DNA from: a virus
Length of the DNA stretch: 64,000 nt
Strand: one strand, 5' to 3'
IMG/VR virus record: IMGVR_UViG_3300007735_000795
Span: 1-64,000 of that record
Positions 47,270 through 57,726 of this stretch are shown in pieces; position 1 is the stretch's first letter; each line of letters opens with the position of its first letter. The notes beneath the pieces were generated by a model that ran no database searches, was not told where the DNA came from, and saw only the letters and a program-made list of their open reading frames with translations. The translations under genes were made by a program, and so were the position numbers.

Positions 47270-47808
47270 ATTGTTTCGTGTATAATTTGGTGTTTTAAAG
47301 CATCGTTAATACCAAAATACCAATCAGTTTTCTTATTCTTGACTTTATTTAGTTGTTTTTGAGTAAGAAGTGTTCTTGAAGTAATATATTCATCATACAT
47401 TGCCATTAATCGATCTGATTCTTCTAAATTTTCTTTTAGAATAGACATTTTATCATAAGGCATACTGTCTAAACATTCATGATACATAAATGTAGCTAAA
47501 TGGTGGGCAAAACGTTTGTGTCCTGCTATTAAAACAGGTAAAGCCATAGACATTACTGAACCATAACCATAAGTATGAACAGGTACTAATGAATTTTCTA
47601 TAATACCAATTAAAGCAAAACCATCAAGTATACTACCACCTACACTATTGATAATTAACTTTATAGGCTCAACTTCGTCTTTTTCACTATCAATTTCATT
47701 TATAAATGAGATTGTTTGAATAGTATCTCTTACAGATAATTCATCTATATCACCACTTAGAACAATTGTTCTAAACAGTTTGTTGTTCGGGTTGTAACTG
47801 TTCTTCAT
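47266..47808 (-). CDS. clpP: ClpP-like protease subunit
   Basis: INSVGG, VMSMA (catalytic Ser), FMYHE (His), TDWYF (Asp). Confidence 0.8.
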   Translation of the reverse strand: MKNSYNPNNKLFRTIVLSGDIDELSVRDTIQTISFINEIDSEKDEVEPIKLIINSVGGSILDGFALIGIIENSLVPVHTYGYGSVMSMALPVLIAGHKRFAHHLATFMYHECLDSMPYDKMSILKENLEESDRLMAMYDEYITSRTLLTQKQLNKVKNKKTDWYFGINDALKHQIIHETI

Positions 47809-50248
47809 TTTCTGTTATTTCAGTCCACTCCGGTTCTTTAAGGCTTTCAACCATTAAAAAGTGAGTGTCGGTTTTTAAAATATGTTCTGCTCCTAAATAA
47901 TCTTTCCACGTATTAAGCAGTTCCCGATTCAGTTCTTCTTTTTTATAAAAGTAACTTGTCCGTAACTTTCTTATAACCAGATAAGCATTATCATTATAAA
48001 AAAATAACTCTTTCATTCGTCTCCTTCTCCGTAGTCTTTTTTATTTCGTTTATATACTTTTCCTGAAGGTTTAGCCTTTTGGATCATTTTCCTTCTGATG
48101 ATCTGAGCAACGTGTCGCTCTGATAATCCGTTAAATTTGTTTTTGTCCATAGTGTTTTGTTTTTTATATGCTTAAATATACGACAAAATTTTAACAAAAC
48201 CAAATTTTTATATTAATGATTTACAAATAACTGTATTAAGGCGTATTCGTAGTGTTCAATCCTAGGGCAATATGGTGTTTCTTTTTCACGTTTATTTACT
48301 AATTCCAGTAATTTTTCATATACCCCATTTTCGTATGCTTCATATAAAATTTCTTCTATTCTTTTTTCGTTACTCATTTATGACCCGTTTTTGATGATTA
48401 TACAACACTGAAAAATATGTTAAATACACTTGTATGTTTACTGGTTTGTTATTCCAGTATTTTACAAAATTATTAATTATTTTTTTAGCACACAAAAGGT
48501 GTTCATCTGTCCTACACGACTTTATTACTTTAGCAATTTTTTTTATATGTAAAGTAAACAAGTCCTCCATCAGCCCTTTTACCAATACATATTGTAAAAT
48601 GCATTAGTTTAGGCTGTATTTATAAGTAAAATCTAAATCTTCTTCGTTAAGAAGTGTCAATTCGTATAACATGTCCTCTAAAGACTGAATGTATCCTTTT
48701 ATGTAGGCAATTTCCAATTCAGTGTATATTCTAGAAGGTTGGATTAACTCCATTTTGTTTTCCTGAATAGCAGTCTTGAGAATGAGTTCCATTGTCAAGC
48801 TGACTGGGTTTGTGGGTGACATGGTTTTATTTATAAATATTTTTATTTTTATCCTCCAAATGGACGTGGTTTAGGTTTAGGCATTGTGTCATGAGGGTAA
48901 ACATATCCTTTTTTATTCATATCCTTTAACGGAATGTTTGTTTCAAACAAGTAAACAGGACCCTTGTATTCTTCATAGAATGGTTCGTTTTTAGGATTGA
49001 ATTTCAAAATGCGTCTTGGTCCATTAAAACTTCTAAAACTTTTACAAGTTACTCTTATCCATTCATCCATAAACACTTCAGTGCATAGTTGAGTAGGAAA
49101 GTCATAAACTAATTTTACTGTAAGTCCTCTTTTTTCTCCCATATTATTTCATAAATAATTGAATGCATAAAATACAAATACTTAATAATAAACAGATACC
49201 CGTCTTCATACTAATAGGTTCATTAAACCAGTTTATTGACATAAATGTAAAAACAACAGTTCCAATAGCAAAACCTATTAATCGAGAAGGCCACAGTTGT
49301 CCACCAAAATGTTCAACCATGCACTGAACAGAATACATGAACAAATAGGAAATAGGAATACCCAACCAAACAACCATATGAGGATGGTCTTTCATCCATT
49401 GGAATTTCCATCGGCCTTGTAGTTGAAGGAATGTTAGCAATTGTGCTAATACTCCAATTCCTATTCCTATTAACAGTTTCATATGTATTCTTTTTCTAAT
49501 TTTAATGTTGTTAAGCGTTGTAAACACTTAAATTGTTCTTCATATTTCAATGGTTTAGCATCATCATAGTTATCTGAAAATGCTATTGATCGTCCTCCTT
49601 CTCTTAAACCAATCCATACTTGTAAGTACTCGTTGTACACAATGTATGGTTTAGCATCAGGGTCTTCGGATGTGTGTCGTTTAGATTTTTTCATCATAAA
49701 GCGGAACAGCGTCTAGTTCTTCAAGTTTAACCCATACTCTAGTTTTCCACAAATCAACACTTACATTGTCAATTGTTTCAGTTTCATCTTCAGTTGCTAA
49801 TGCTAAAAGCAATAAACATTCATCTAGTGTTTCAATAGCTTCATTGAATTGTTCAGCTTCAATTTGTTGGAGAGCACGTTTCCAAGTGTTTGTAATTTTT
49901 CCTACTTTTTTCATAACTTTAATTTATTATTTGTTTAATATGTTTACAAATACGATCCTTACTCCTCCAGTAACCTGGACAATTACATTTGTAGGTATTA
50001 CCAATTTTTTGAATTTGGTATTTTCCTTCACCTGATGATGAAGACACCTCTATAATGTTTGAGATTGGTTTTGGTTTGGTATCAACACTTTTAGTCCAAA
50101 CAATATCATCAAGAGTTGTATTGCTTGGTACATCAATCCAAAATGGTAGTATAACTGATCTGTCTAGTAAATGGGCAATTGCAGGATACACATTGCCTCC
50201 AGTAATGTAATGTTTTCCGTCTTTGAATTGATATACGTGTTTGTCCAT
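47771..50248 (-). CDS. run of small genes including a basic peptide (48013-48150), a DMT-like four-TM protein (49144-49482) and a SWIM zinc-finger protein (49919-50248)
   Basis: ORF track plus manual translation; YKCNCPGY..ICKHI SWIM motif. Confidence 0.6.
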
Positions 50249-50605
50249 GTTTTTTAACTTACACGTAAATATACGACAAAGGCTTTACAAAGCCAAATAA
50301 AATGTTAAGAAAATTGCTTTTCTTGGCGGGAAATTTCCAAGTCTAATGTGAGGAGTGTACATAGTTCCTCTAAATTCTCCCAACTGTACATTGCCATTAT
50401 TAGCAATGTACTGTCGGGAATTTTGTTAAAGTACCTTAATACATTACTCTCCATTATACTTTAGAGCAGGATGGTACTTTTTAGTTGCTTGCCTTGGTTG
50501 ACGAGCAGCTTGTTGTTGTTGGTTTTTTCTTCTTTTAGTCTCCATTATTTGAATGTAAGACTTTAAGCACTCGTAGTTGCTTTGGGGTGAATTTTTACTC
50601 ATAAC

Positions 50606-50740
50606 TTATCTTCCTTGTCCTTTATAAATTTTTTTATAATTTTTGCTTGTTTTTAGCTTGCTTGACTTTTTTTTAGAATGGATGTTAGGCCTTTTTCTTC
50701 GGGGTTTCCTTTCTGAGTGGGTTTGTGTTTTTAATGCCAT
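50606..50740 (-). CDS. 44 aa very basic peptide ending YKGQGR
   Basis: MALKTQTHSERKPRRKRPNIHSKKKSSKLKTSKNYKKIYKGQGR. Confidence 0.5.
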   Translation of the reverse strand: MALKTQTHSERKPRRKRPNIHSKKKSSKLKTSKNYKKIYKGQGR

Positions 50741-51041
50741 CTTCTTTTTCTTTTAATTTGTTTATAGCTTCTACTATTCTGGTACAGTCCTCATAGAGTT
50801 CTTTCTCAACATAGTATTTTAGGTTTTCTTGTAACGTTTCACAAAAATATTTTTTTTCTAGTGTTATGTCGTATGTAGCATCATCTTCTAAACAAGTAAC
50901 TGATAGTACGTGTAAATGTTTTTTACGGGTGTTTAGGTTTTCTAGAAGTGTCTCTACAACAGCGGCGGCTATTGCAAAATCCTTCCTATCAATCATGTCT
51001 TGGAATTCATCAACATTATTTAAGATTATTTCAACAGCCAT
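50685..51041 (-). CDS. hypothetical protein with a UVR-like motif
   Basis: EKELYEDCTRIVEAI. Confidence 0.5.
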   Translation of the reverse strand: MAVEIILNNVDEFQDMIDRKDFAIAAAVVETLLENLNTRKKHLHVLSVTCLEDDATYDITLEKKYFCETLQENLKYYVEKELYEDCTRIVEAINKLKEKEDGIKNTNPLRKETPKKKA

Positions 51042-51212
51042 ATTAGAATAAGTCTAAAAATTTAGGATTAATTTCTTTGCCTTTAAGTTGATTCATTTTT
51101 TCATCATTAGCAAGCATTTGGGTTGCTAATTTTTCTAAATGTTTTGCCTTAATAGCATCATAATCAGTAATAATATCTTGATGTTTTTTGCTTTTCATCT
51201 ACTAATAAATAT

Positions 51213-51857
51213 TTAAAGTCTACTAATAAACTCAGAACCATCATCAGTTGGAGGTTGAGTTTTTTCTAACCCCAATTCTTTTAAACGTTGAAGTGTATAA
51301 TCATCTACTTCCCAATCTACTTCACTTTGAGACATGGGACGATGGTCTTCTAAACCTTCAATTTGTTTATTAGAAAACAAATCACCAACAGTCAAATAAT
51401 AACAATTATAACACAGCATTTCCATATTTTCAATAGTATAATACTGTTTATTACCGTTTTTAAAATGAAGAACAAGTGGAATTTTGTAATCTAATACCCT
51501 ACGTTCATGGAATCCACAATTATAACATTCTTCTTTTAAATACCCCTCTTGTATCATTCGATACTTTATTTTTTGAGGGTTGAAGTGAGCAGGATTTATT
51601 TTTCCTTCTAATATGTCTAATAAGGCTGGTTCTTTTTTACCAAATGGTGCTTGTGATAGGAATTTAGGGATGCCTTTTCCTGCTTGGTTTTTATGTGATT
51701 CGAATAAACTAACCCCATTTTCATCCTGATACAGTTTCATCCATTTTTTAAGGTGCTGGTATGAAACATTCAAATAGCGGGCTGCGGCTCGGACCGATTT
51801 TGTCTTGTCCATAGCCGCAATTGCCATTTCTTTTGATATGGGTTTAGGTTTAGGCAT
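51213..51857 (-). CDS. HTH + HNH-like zinc-finger protein
   Basis: SVRAAARYLNVSY HTH; CYNCG..LHFKNGN..ENMEMLCYNC. Confidence 0.65.
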   Translation of the reverse strand: MPKPKPISKEMAIAAMDKTKSVRAAARYLNVSYQHLKKWMKLYQDENGVSLFESHKNQAGKGIPKFLSQAPFGKKEPALLDILEGKINPAHFNPQKIKYRMIQEGYLKEECYNCGFHERRVLDYKIPLVLHFKNGNKQYYTIENMEMLCYNCYYLTVGDLFSNKQIEGLEDHRPMSQSEVDWEVDDYTLQRLKELGLEKTQPPTDDGSEFISRL

Positions 51858-52264
51858 TAGTCTTCGTCTTCTTCACCTTTCCAATCATCATAACTCCAGT
51901 CTTCATCTTCTAAACCATCTTCTAAAGTAGCATCCCATTCTTTAAGATCATCTTCATCTTCAATAAGAATATTTGAATCGTCTTCTGCAAAGGCAAATTC
52001 TTCTTCTTCCTCTTGTGTTTTTTTCTTTTTAGGTTTGGGATTAGACTGTTTTCTAAAGTTTTTTTCTGCTTCTTGAATTTTGTCATACACCTCTCTGTCC
52101 ACAGCATACGTTTCAATCCATGTATGATCACCTTCCCCCATTTGAACCACCATTGCCACTTTCTTTTCAGCAGTTGAATGCTGAGTACATGTTTGGGTGT
52201 CTGGGAGGATTTTTATCCTACGTGGGTCAATTACCACATCACATACTTTACATTGTCTACTCAT
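51857..52264 (-). CDS. TraR/DksA-type zinc-finger protein with an acidic tail
   Basis: CKVCDVVIDPRRIKILPDTQTCTQH. Confidence 0.7.
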   Translation of the reverse strand: MSRQCKVCDVVIDPRRIKILPDTQTCTQHSTAEKKVAMVVQMGEGDHTWIETYAVDREVYDKIQEAEKNFRKQSNPKPKKKKTQEEEEEFAFAEDDSNILIEDEDDLKEWDATLEDGLEDEDWSYDDWKGEEDED

Positions 52265-52812
52265 AATTTTGGTTTGCTTTATTTATTTTTTCTATTAAAT
52301 TCCAAAGTTCAAGGGCTGATTTTAATTTATAAAGTTTTTTCGGTTTACCAGGTATTGTTACTTCTAGTCCTAGAATAGAACCATCATTGTCGAACCTGTC
52401 ATATACATACCATAAAACTAAATTAGCTATGTCTTCCCCGTATTTTAAAAAAAGTAAATCTTCAATTACATTGTAGTAATGTTCCTCATAAACATAAAAA
52501 TCAATGTGTAAATGATCATGAAGGAAATTAGTTCGTATCCAGCATTGATCAAGAGTTTCTACTATAGAAACAAAAATATCTTTTTCTGAGTTTTTATGGT
52601 TCTGGTTTATCCTAAGATGAGAACCAAAGTTATTTATGTTCATTTTTTACTCCTACTGAATATAGTTTTATAAAATTTTCCGTACTCATTGCTTTCATTG
52701 AAGCAAAATGTATAACAGCTATACCTATTGTGCCTGCGGTGCATGTCCCAATTGGTTCTTGGTATGCATCCGTGTTTGAATAAAAGTAATAGTCTTTAAA
52801 TTCGTATTCCAT
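52257..52812 (-). CDS. two hypothetical genes (52257-52643, 52630-52812)
   Basis: ORF track. Confidence 0.5.
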
Positions 52813-52844
52813 TGGTGTAAATATAATAACAGAGAATTAAAGAA

Positions 52845-53723
52845 TCAAATTATTTCGTATTCTATTTCAATGTCTGAAAAACCCCATGTATCTGAATTTT
52901 CAGTTTTGTTTTGATAAATTACAGCTCTATATTGATCATTCATTTTTTTATTAACTCCATCTGCTATACCACCTCCTCCCCATCCTTTAGAACCATGGTT
53001 GATATGAAACATAGGAGGTTCAAATATAGCTTTTAATCCAAAACCATGCATAGCTGCTTTTTTCTGTACATTTGTATCTGAAAATAAAGCATAAATTAGT
53101 TCTTCTTCAAATCCTCTAATTTCATTCCATATATGTTTAGGAGCAAATTGGAAATCACCACAACAGTTAATTAAACTATAATCATCTCCAGACACTATTT
53201 TTTCATATACTTCTCGTTTTTCTGAGTTAATTGAGATATAATCTCTTAATTTATCCCAGTCTTGGTATTTTAAGTCACCTCCATGAAATTTTTTAATTTC
53301 ATCCCATGTTGTTTCTCTTCTACTAAGAGTGATCATTGTATTATCACCATTGATTTTAATGATATTTTCAACATCTTCTCTTTTAGGATGTATAATATCA
53401 ATATTAGTAGAAACAATCCAATCACCTTCAGCTCGTCTAATACCAATATTACGTCCTAATACTTCACAACATTTTTGAGCATCAGGATCATGATATGTTA
53501 AATAAGAGGTTGCTGAAGGTGGAATTACAAAATGTTTTAGATTACCTTTTAATTGAAGATTATCTTTAACATCATAAAGTAAACTATGAGTCTCTGAATT
53601 CCAGTCAACATATATTACTTCATCATAGGTATGGATAGCTGAGTTAAGGGCATATGTGGCTCTTTCTAAAAGATTACCACCATAATTATCATTTCTTGAT
53701 ACTACTACTGCTGATATTTTCAT
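52845..53723 (-). CDS. GT-A fold (GT2-like) glycosyltransferase
   Basis: VIYVDWNS, RNIGIRRAEGDWIVSTNID, GDFQ, FHINH. Confidence 0.75.
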   Translation of the reverse strand: MKISAVVVSRNDNYGGNLLERATYALNSAIHTYDEVIYVDWNSETHSLLYDVKDNLQLKGNLKHFVIPPSATSYLTYHDPDAQKCCEVLGRNIGIRRAEGDWIVSTNIDIIHPKREDVENIIKINGDNTMITLSRRETTWDEIKKFHGGDLKYQDWDKLRDYISINSEKREVYEKIVSGDDYSLINCCGDFQFAPKHIWNEIRGFEEELIYALFSDTNVQKKAAMHGFGLKAIFEPPMFHINHGSKGWGGGGIADGVNKKMNDQYRAVIYQNKTENSDTWGFSDIEIEYEII

Positions 53724-53724
53724 A

Positions 53725-54501
53725 TTAATCTTGTTTTATATTCCATTTATTTTTAATAACATCAATTTGGTTTAAACTTACTTGGTATTTTTCATTATCA
53801 GGATGAATTAAAATACAATCTTCATTATTTCCAATAAAATATCTATAGTTTTTATACCCCATATTTTTTAGAAAGTTTAAAGCTTTTTTATCTATTTCTG
53901 TATTACTATTTTCTAATAAAACAACAGGTTTATTTTTATTTAAAGTTTCTTTAGCTCCTAAAAAAGCATAATATTCATATCCTTGTATATCTATTTTGAT
54001 TAGATCAGGATTGATATTTATTGAATCTAAAGGTATGACTTCTATTTGATCATGTTCTCTAATTTCATTTGAATTATATGAGGCTTCTTTATGTTCAATT
54101 CCTCTTCCTCCCCAGTTATAACATCCATTACCAACCCAGCTTTCATTTTCAATATCCCACATCTGTTGTATTTCATTTTTTTCACCTAAAGCTAATCTGT
54201 AAGGTATTACTGTGTTGTCTAAATCATTAAATAATATGTTAGTACATAGCTGGTTATATATCATAGGTTGGGGTTCAAATGCGTGGACTTTTTTGGTTAA
54301 TCTTCCAAATTGGACAGCATGAAATCCTAAATTTGCCCCAGCATCTATACAAATATCATCTTTAGTTAATATATTAGAGTAAAAATCATATAAATGGGAT
54401 TCCCATGATTTATATCGAAGGATATTAATTCCTATAAGATCATATTCATTAACTAAAAAATTACCAAGATTAGTTTGTACTATTTCAAATGATTTATTCA
54501 T
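53725..54501 (-). CDS. FkbM-family methyltransferase
   Basis: IDAGANLG, AFEP, IKIDIQGYE. Confidence 0.9.
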   Translation of the reverse strand: MNKSFEIVQTNLGNFLVNEYDLIGINILRYKSWESHLYDFYSNILTKDDICIDAGANLGFHAVQFGRLTKKVHAFEPQPMIYNQLCTNILFNDLDNTVIPYRLALGEKNEIQQMWDIENESWVGNGCYNWGGRGIEHKEASYNSNEIREHDQIEVIPLDSININPDLIKIDIQGYEYYAFLGAKETLNKNKPVVLLENSNTEIDKKALNFLKNMGYKNYRYFIGNNEDCILIHPDNEKYQVSLNQIDVIKNKWNIKQD

Positions 54502-55327
54502 TATAATATTTTTTAAAGTTATTCCAAAAATTTTCCGCTATGTTTTCTTTATCTAAAAGTATTCCACCTAAATGATATATCATAGCTTCATTCACGAATT
54601 CAAAAGTGTTTATTAATTTAGTGAATTCATTCCAATCCTCCCAAAATATCCATCCTCTTTTGCCTGGGTATATATAAGATAATTGGAGGTTAAATATTTT
54701 AGAAATCCAACTTATTTTATCAGAATATAATTCTTGTAAAGCAATACAAACCGCAGTATTATCCATAGCATCTAATCTTTTTCCTCCTTCCTTGCCTATT
54801 CCTTTAACATGACAATTTATATCTTTTTCTTTATAGTAATATTCCCTATAAGGAATTAAAGCAGTTTGAAAATCTTTAAGATATTCAGCTTTCATTGAAA
54901 CAAATCCAGCGTTAAAGAATCCTTTAACAAAAGAATATATTTTAGGATTAAAATCTAACCATTGATTAAAATGATAAGGAGGTGTTCCTGTTCCTGATTG
55001 GTCAGAAACTACAGCTATTTCAATGTTATTTTCATCAAAGATCTTATTGAAATCAAAAGCATCCCATCTAATTATAGTATCAGCATCTATAAATGTTACT
55101 CTATTATATTCCAATGGTGAAAAGTCAACTTCTAACCATCTATCATAACACATAGCAGCATAATCAAATTCATTAGTATCATTTATATATTTATCTCCTT
55201 CAATTAAGTGAAGATATATATTGTATTTATCACAATAAAATTTCCATGTGTTAATACAAGCACTATATTCTTTACTTTTTAATAAAGAATTATAGGTTGC
55301 TATTACTATAGCGTTTTTTTTACTCAT
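54494..55327 (-). CDS. GT8/GT34-like glycosyltransferase
   Basis: FIDADT (DxD), FNAGF, IYH. Confidence 0.7.
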   Translation of the reverse strand: MSKKNAIVIATYNSLLKSKEYSACINTWKFYCDKYNIYLHLIEGDKYINDTNEFDYAAMCYDRWLEVDFSPLEYNRVTFIDADTIIRWDAFDFNKIFDENNIEIAVVSDQSGTGTPPYHFNQWLDFNPKIYSFVKGFFNAGFVSMKAEYLKDFQTALIPYREYYYKEKDINCHVKGIGKEGGKRLDAMDNTAVCIALQELYSDKISWISKIFNLQLSYIYPGKRGWIFWEDWNEFTKLINTFEFVNEAMIYHLGGILLDKENIAENFWNNFKKYYNE

Positions 55328-55341
55328 TTTGAAACTAAATT

Positions 55342-55908
55342 TTATTTAAATCTCAAAGCCATAATTTCATCTATATTATTCACATTCATTCTTAAATCTA
55401 AGATATGCATGTTATTAAGTTGTTTTTTTAAATAAAAAAGATTCATACAATAATTTTCTAAAATATCTTCACATACTAACACACCTCCCTCATTTAAAAG
55501 AGAATAATAGTTTCTTAAAAAATATTCTTGAGACTCCCAAGTATGAGGTCCATCATCTATAATAATATCAAACATCCCCTCCTTTTCTATAAGCATATCA
55601 ATCATATCTTTAGTATAAGCATCATACTCAGAACCAGCATATAAAGTTACTTTATCATTAGGAATAGATCCTTTATATATTTGATTATCAAGTCCTACAT
55701 ATTTTTCTACATAAGATATGTTTGAAAAAGGACCTACAGATCCTTCTCCAAATAAACTAACTCCTATTTCTAACACTTTAAGAGGTCTATTAAATTTTAA
55801 GTATTGAGAATTAAAAATTAAATCATATACTATTCCGTATTGATGAGTGGTATTCTTATCAGAAGTACCAGTTAAAAGAATTTTTCCTACATTACAATAA
55901 TTTTCCAT
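55342..55908 (-). CDS. class I SAM-dependent (sugar O-)methyltransferase
   Basis: SDK..HQY, VLEIGV, FDIIIDDGPH, GGVLVCED. Confidence 0.8.
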   Translation of the reverse strand: MENYCNVGKILLTGTSDKNTTHQYGIVYDLIFNSQYLKFNRPLKVLEIGVSLFGEGSVGPFSNISYVEKYVGLDNQIYKGSIPNDKVTLYAGSEYDAYTKDMIDMLIEKEGMFDIIIDDGPHTWESQEYFLRNYYSLLNEGGVLVCEDILENYCMNLFYLKKQLNNMHILDLRMNVNNIDEIMALRFK

Positions 55909-55924
55909 ATTATTTTATTTTTTA

Positions 55925-56932
55925 TCATTTATTTTTTAAGTAATTAATAACTTCATTAACTGATTCTTCTAATGAGATTTTAGCTTCAAATCCTAATACT
56001 TCTTTTGCTTTAGTCACATCTGGGATTCGTTTTTGAACATCATATTCAAATGGCTCATCATGAATAATTTTAAATTCTTCATTTGGGTTAATAGTGTTCC
56101 ATACTATTTTAGCTAATTCTAAAACACTAGTAGATTGAGGAGTAGAGATATTAAAATCTTCATTAATAGCCTTTTCAGATTCCATTACCATTCTAATTCC
56201 TCTAGCTAAATCTTTACCATTTGTGTAACATCTAACTTGATTTCCTTCTCCTAGAATATGAAGTGGGTTTTGTCCTTTTAAAACTTTATTAATTAAATCT
56301 GGTAGTACATGTGATAACATAAGTTTTATGTTTCCTGATGTTATTTCATGTTCTGAGATAGATTCTTCTTCTCCAATGCCTACACAATTAAAAGGTCTGA
56401 CTATTGAATAAGGCAAACCATATTGCTCCCAGGCTCCTTTAGCAAAATATTCAGATGCTAATTTCTGGAATCCATAAGTTGATGATGGTGGTGGGCAAAC
56501 TTTTATTTCAGTTTCAGGAGTTGGGTATAAAGTTGTTTCTTCAAATACCATAGAACTTGATAAGACAATAATACGTTCCAAATATCCTTCTTTATATCCT
56601 TTAATAGCAGCATCAAAGGTTTGAGCTAATATTCTTTCATTTGTAGCTAATAAATCATAAGCAAATTTATGAAAATAAGATATACCTCCAATCATAGCAG
56701 CACCAGCTATAATCATATCAGGACGCTCTTTATCTACAACATCTAAAAATTCAGATGATAATACATCTATATTATAAAGTTTAAAATTAGGATGATTATC
56801 ATGTGGTCTACTAATTTTACCATATTTTTGATAATTATCAATTCCAATTACTTTATACCCATTATTTAATAATTCATTGCATATGTAACTTCCAATGAAT
56901 CCTTGGCTGCCTGTTAATACTATTTTTTTCAT
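55925..56932 (-). CDS. NAD-dependent epimerase/dehydratase (extended SDR)
   Basis: TGSQGFIGS, SSS, YGFQK, RPFN. Confidence 0.9.
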   Translation of the reverse strand: MKKIVLTGSQGFIGSYICNELLNNGYKVIGIDNYQKYGKISRPHDNHPNFKLYNIDVLSSEFLDVVDKERPDMIIAGAAMIGGISYFHKFAYDLLATNERILAQTFDAAIKGYKEGYLERIIVLSSSMVFEETTLYPTPETEIKVCPPPSSTYGFQKLASEYFAKGAWEQYGLPYSIVRPFNCVGIGEEESISEHEITSGNIKLMLSHVLPDLINKVLKGQNPLHILGEGNQVRCYTNGKDLARGIRMVMESEKAINEDFNISTPQSTSVLELAKIVWNTINPNEEFKIIHDEPFEYDVQKRIPDVTKAKEVLGFEAKISLEESVNEVINYLKNK

Positions 56933-57720
56933 AATCTCATTCCTTCAAAAACTGTTTTAGTGAATTTATTGTTTTCTTTATCTATAATATAAAATAATTC
57001 TAAATCTAAGCCTAACTCTTTTACTAAAGAATCTAAAGCTTTAGTATCTTTTGGTAAACACATTCCAGCGTATCCTCTAAAATTATCATTAACATCTAAA
57101 TATATATCTTTTGTTGTTCCTCTTTTAATAAAAGCATTTTTAATGTCACTATAATTAACATTTAACTTTTGACATATTTCATATACTTCATTAGCAAATG
57201 TTATTTTTAAAGCATTATATACATTAGAATAATATTTTAATAGTTCTGCTTCTGTTGGTTTTAATTGAACAATATTTTTAGGATAATTCCCATGACATTT
57301 TTTAACTAAATTAAATATATGTTCTGATTCAGTACCTATAGCTAATAAATCATGATTTTCAGTAAAATCAGTTATAGCACATCTTTCTCTAAGAAATTCA
57401 GGAACAAAACATATTTTTAAATTAGTTTGTTCAATTAATTTTTGAGTTGTTGTTGGTTTAACTGTTGATTTTATTGCTATTACTCCTTGATAGTTTAACT
57501 CTTTTAAATCTAATACTACTTGTTCAACTATAGAAGTATCACATGATCCATCTTCATTACTAGGAGTTGGAACACACACATAAATTATTTCACAATTTAT
57601 AAGATCATTCAATTTAGTTTCCATAATGATATCATGAACTAATACTTTATGTCCTAATTTTTCAAAACCAAATTTACAAGCTGAGCCTATAATACCTAAG
57701 CCTACTATTCCAATTTTCAT
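56929..57720 (-). CDS. NDP-sugar 6-dehydrogenase, short form without the C-terminal domain
   Basis: GLGIIG, CVPTP, KSTV, PEFLRE, GMCLPKD. Confidence 0.85.
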   Translation of the reverse strand: MKIGIVGLGIIGSACKFGFEKLGHKVLVHDIIMETKLNDLINCEIIYVCVPTPSNEDGSCDTSIVEQVVLDLKELNYQGVIAIKSTVKPTTTQKLIEQTNLKICFVPEFLRERCAITDFTENHDLLAIGTESEHIFNLVKKCHGNYPKNIVQLKPTEAELLKYYSNVYNALKITFANEVYEICQKLNVNYSDIKNAFIKRGTTKDIYLDVNDNFRGYAGMCLPKDTKALDSLVKELGLDLELFYIIDKENNKFTKTVFEGMRL

Positions 57721-57726
57721 ATTGTT

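Larger units (their letters stand above)
24366..50297 (-). promoter_or_regulatory. dispersed family of 18 early promoters, (T/C)TTGG-N17-CGTATATT(T/C)A, 32 nt each
   Basis: Copies start at 24366, 24922, 26561, 27028, 27399, 27762, 28112, 28663, 28965, 30450, 30841, 31796, 32358, 34957, 37654, 39147, 48173 and 50266, a few with one mismatch; each lies just upstream of a minus-strand ORF; resembles Bacteroidota -33 TTTG / -7 TAnnTTTG. Confidence 0.85.
1807..51211 (-). promoter_or_regulatory. dispersed late promoter motif, sense-strand ATATTTAT(A/T/C)
   Basis: Plus-strand (T/A/G)ATAAATA at 1807, 7220, 14656, 17324, 20117, 25872, 41016, 42301, 43386, 44530, 48832 and 51204; mostly 3-30 nt upstream of structural, lysis or leader-bearing genes. 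Confidence 0.7.
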
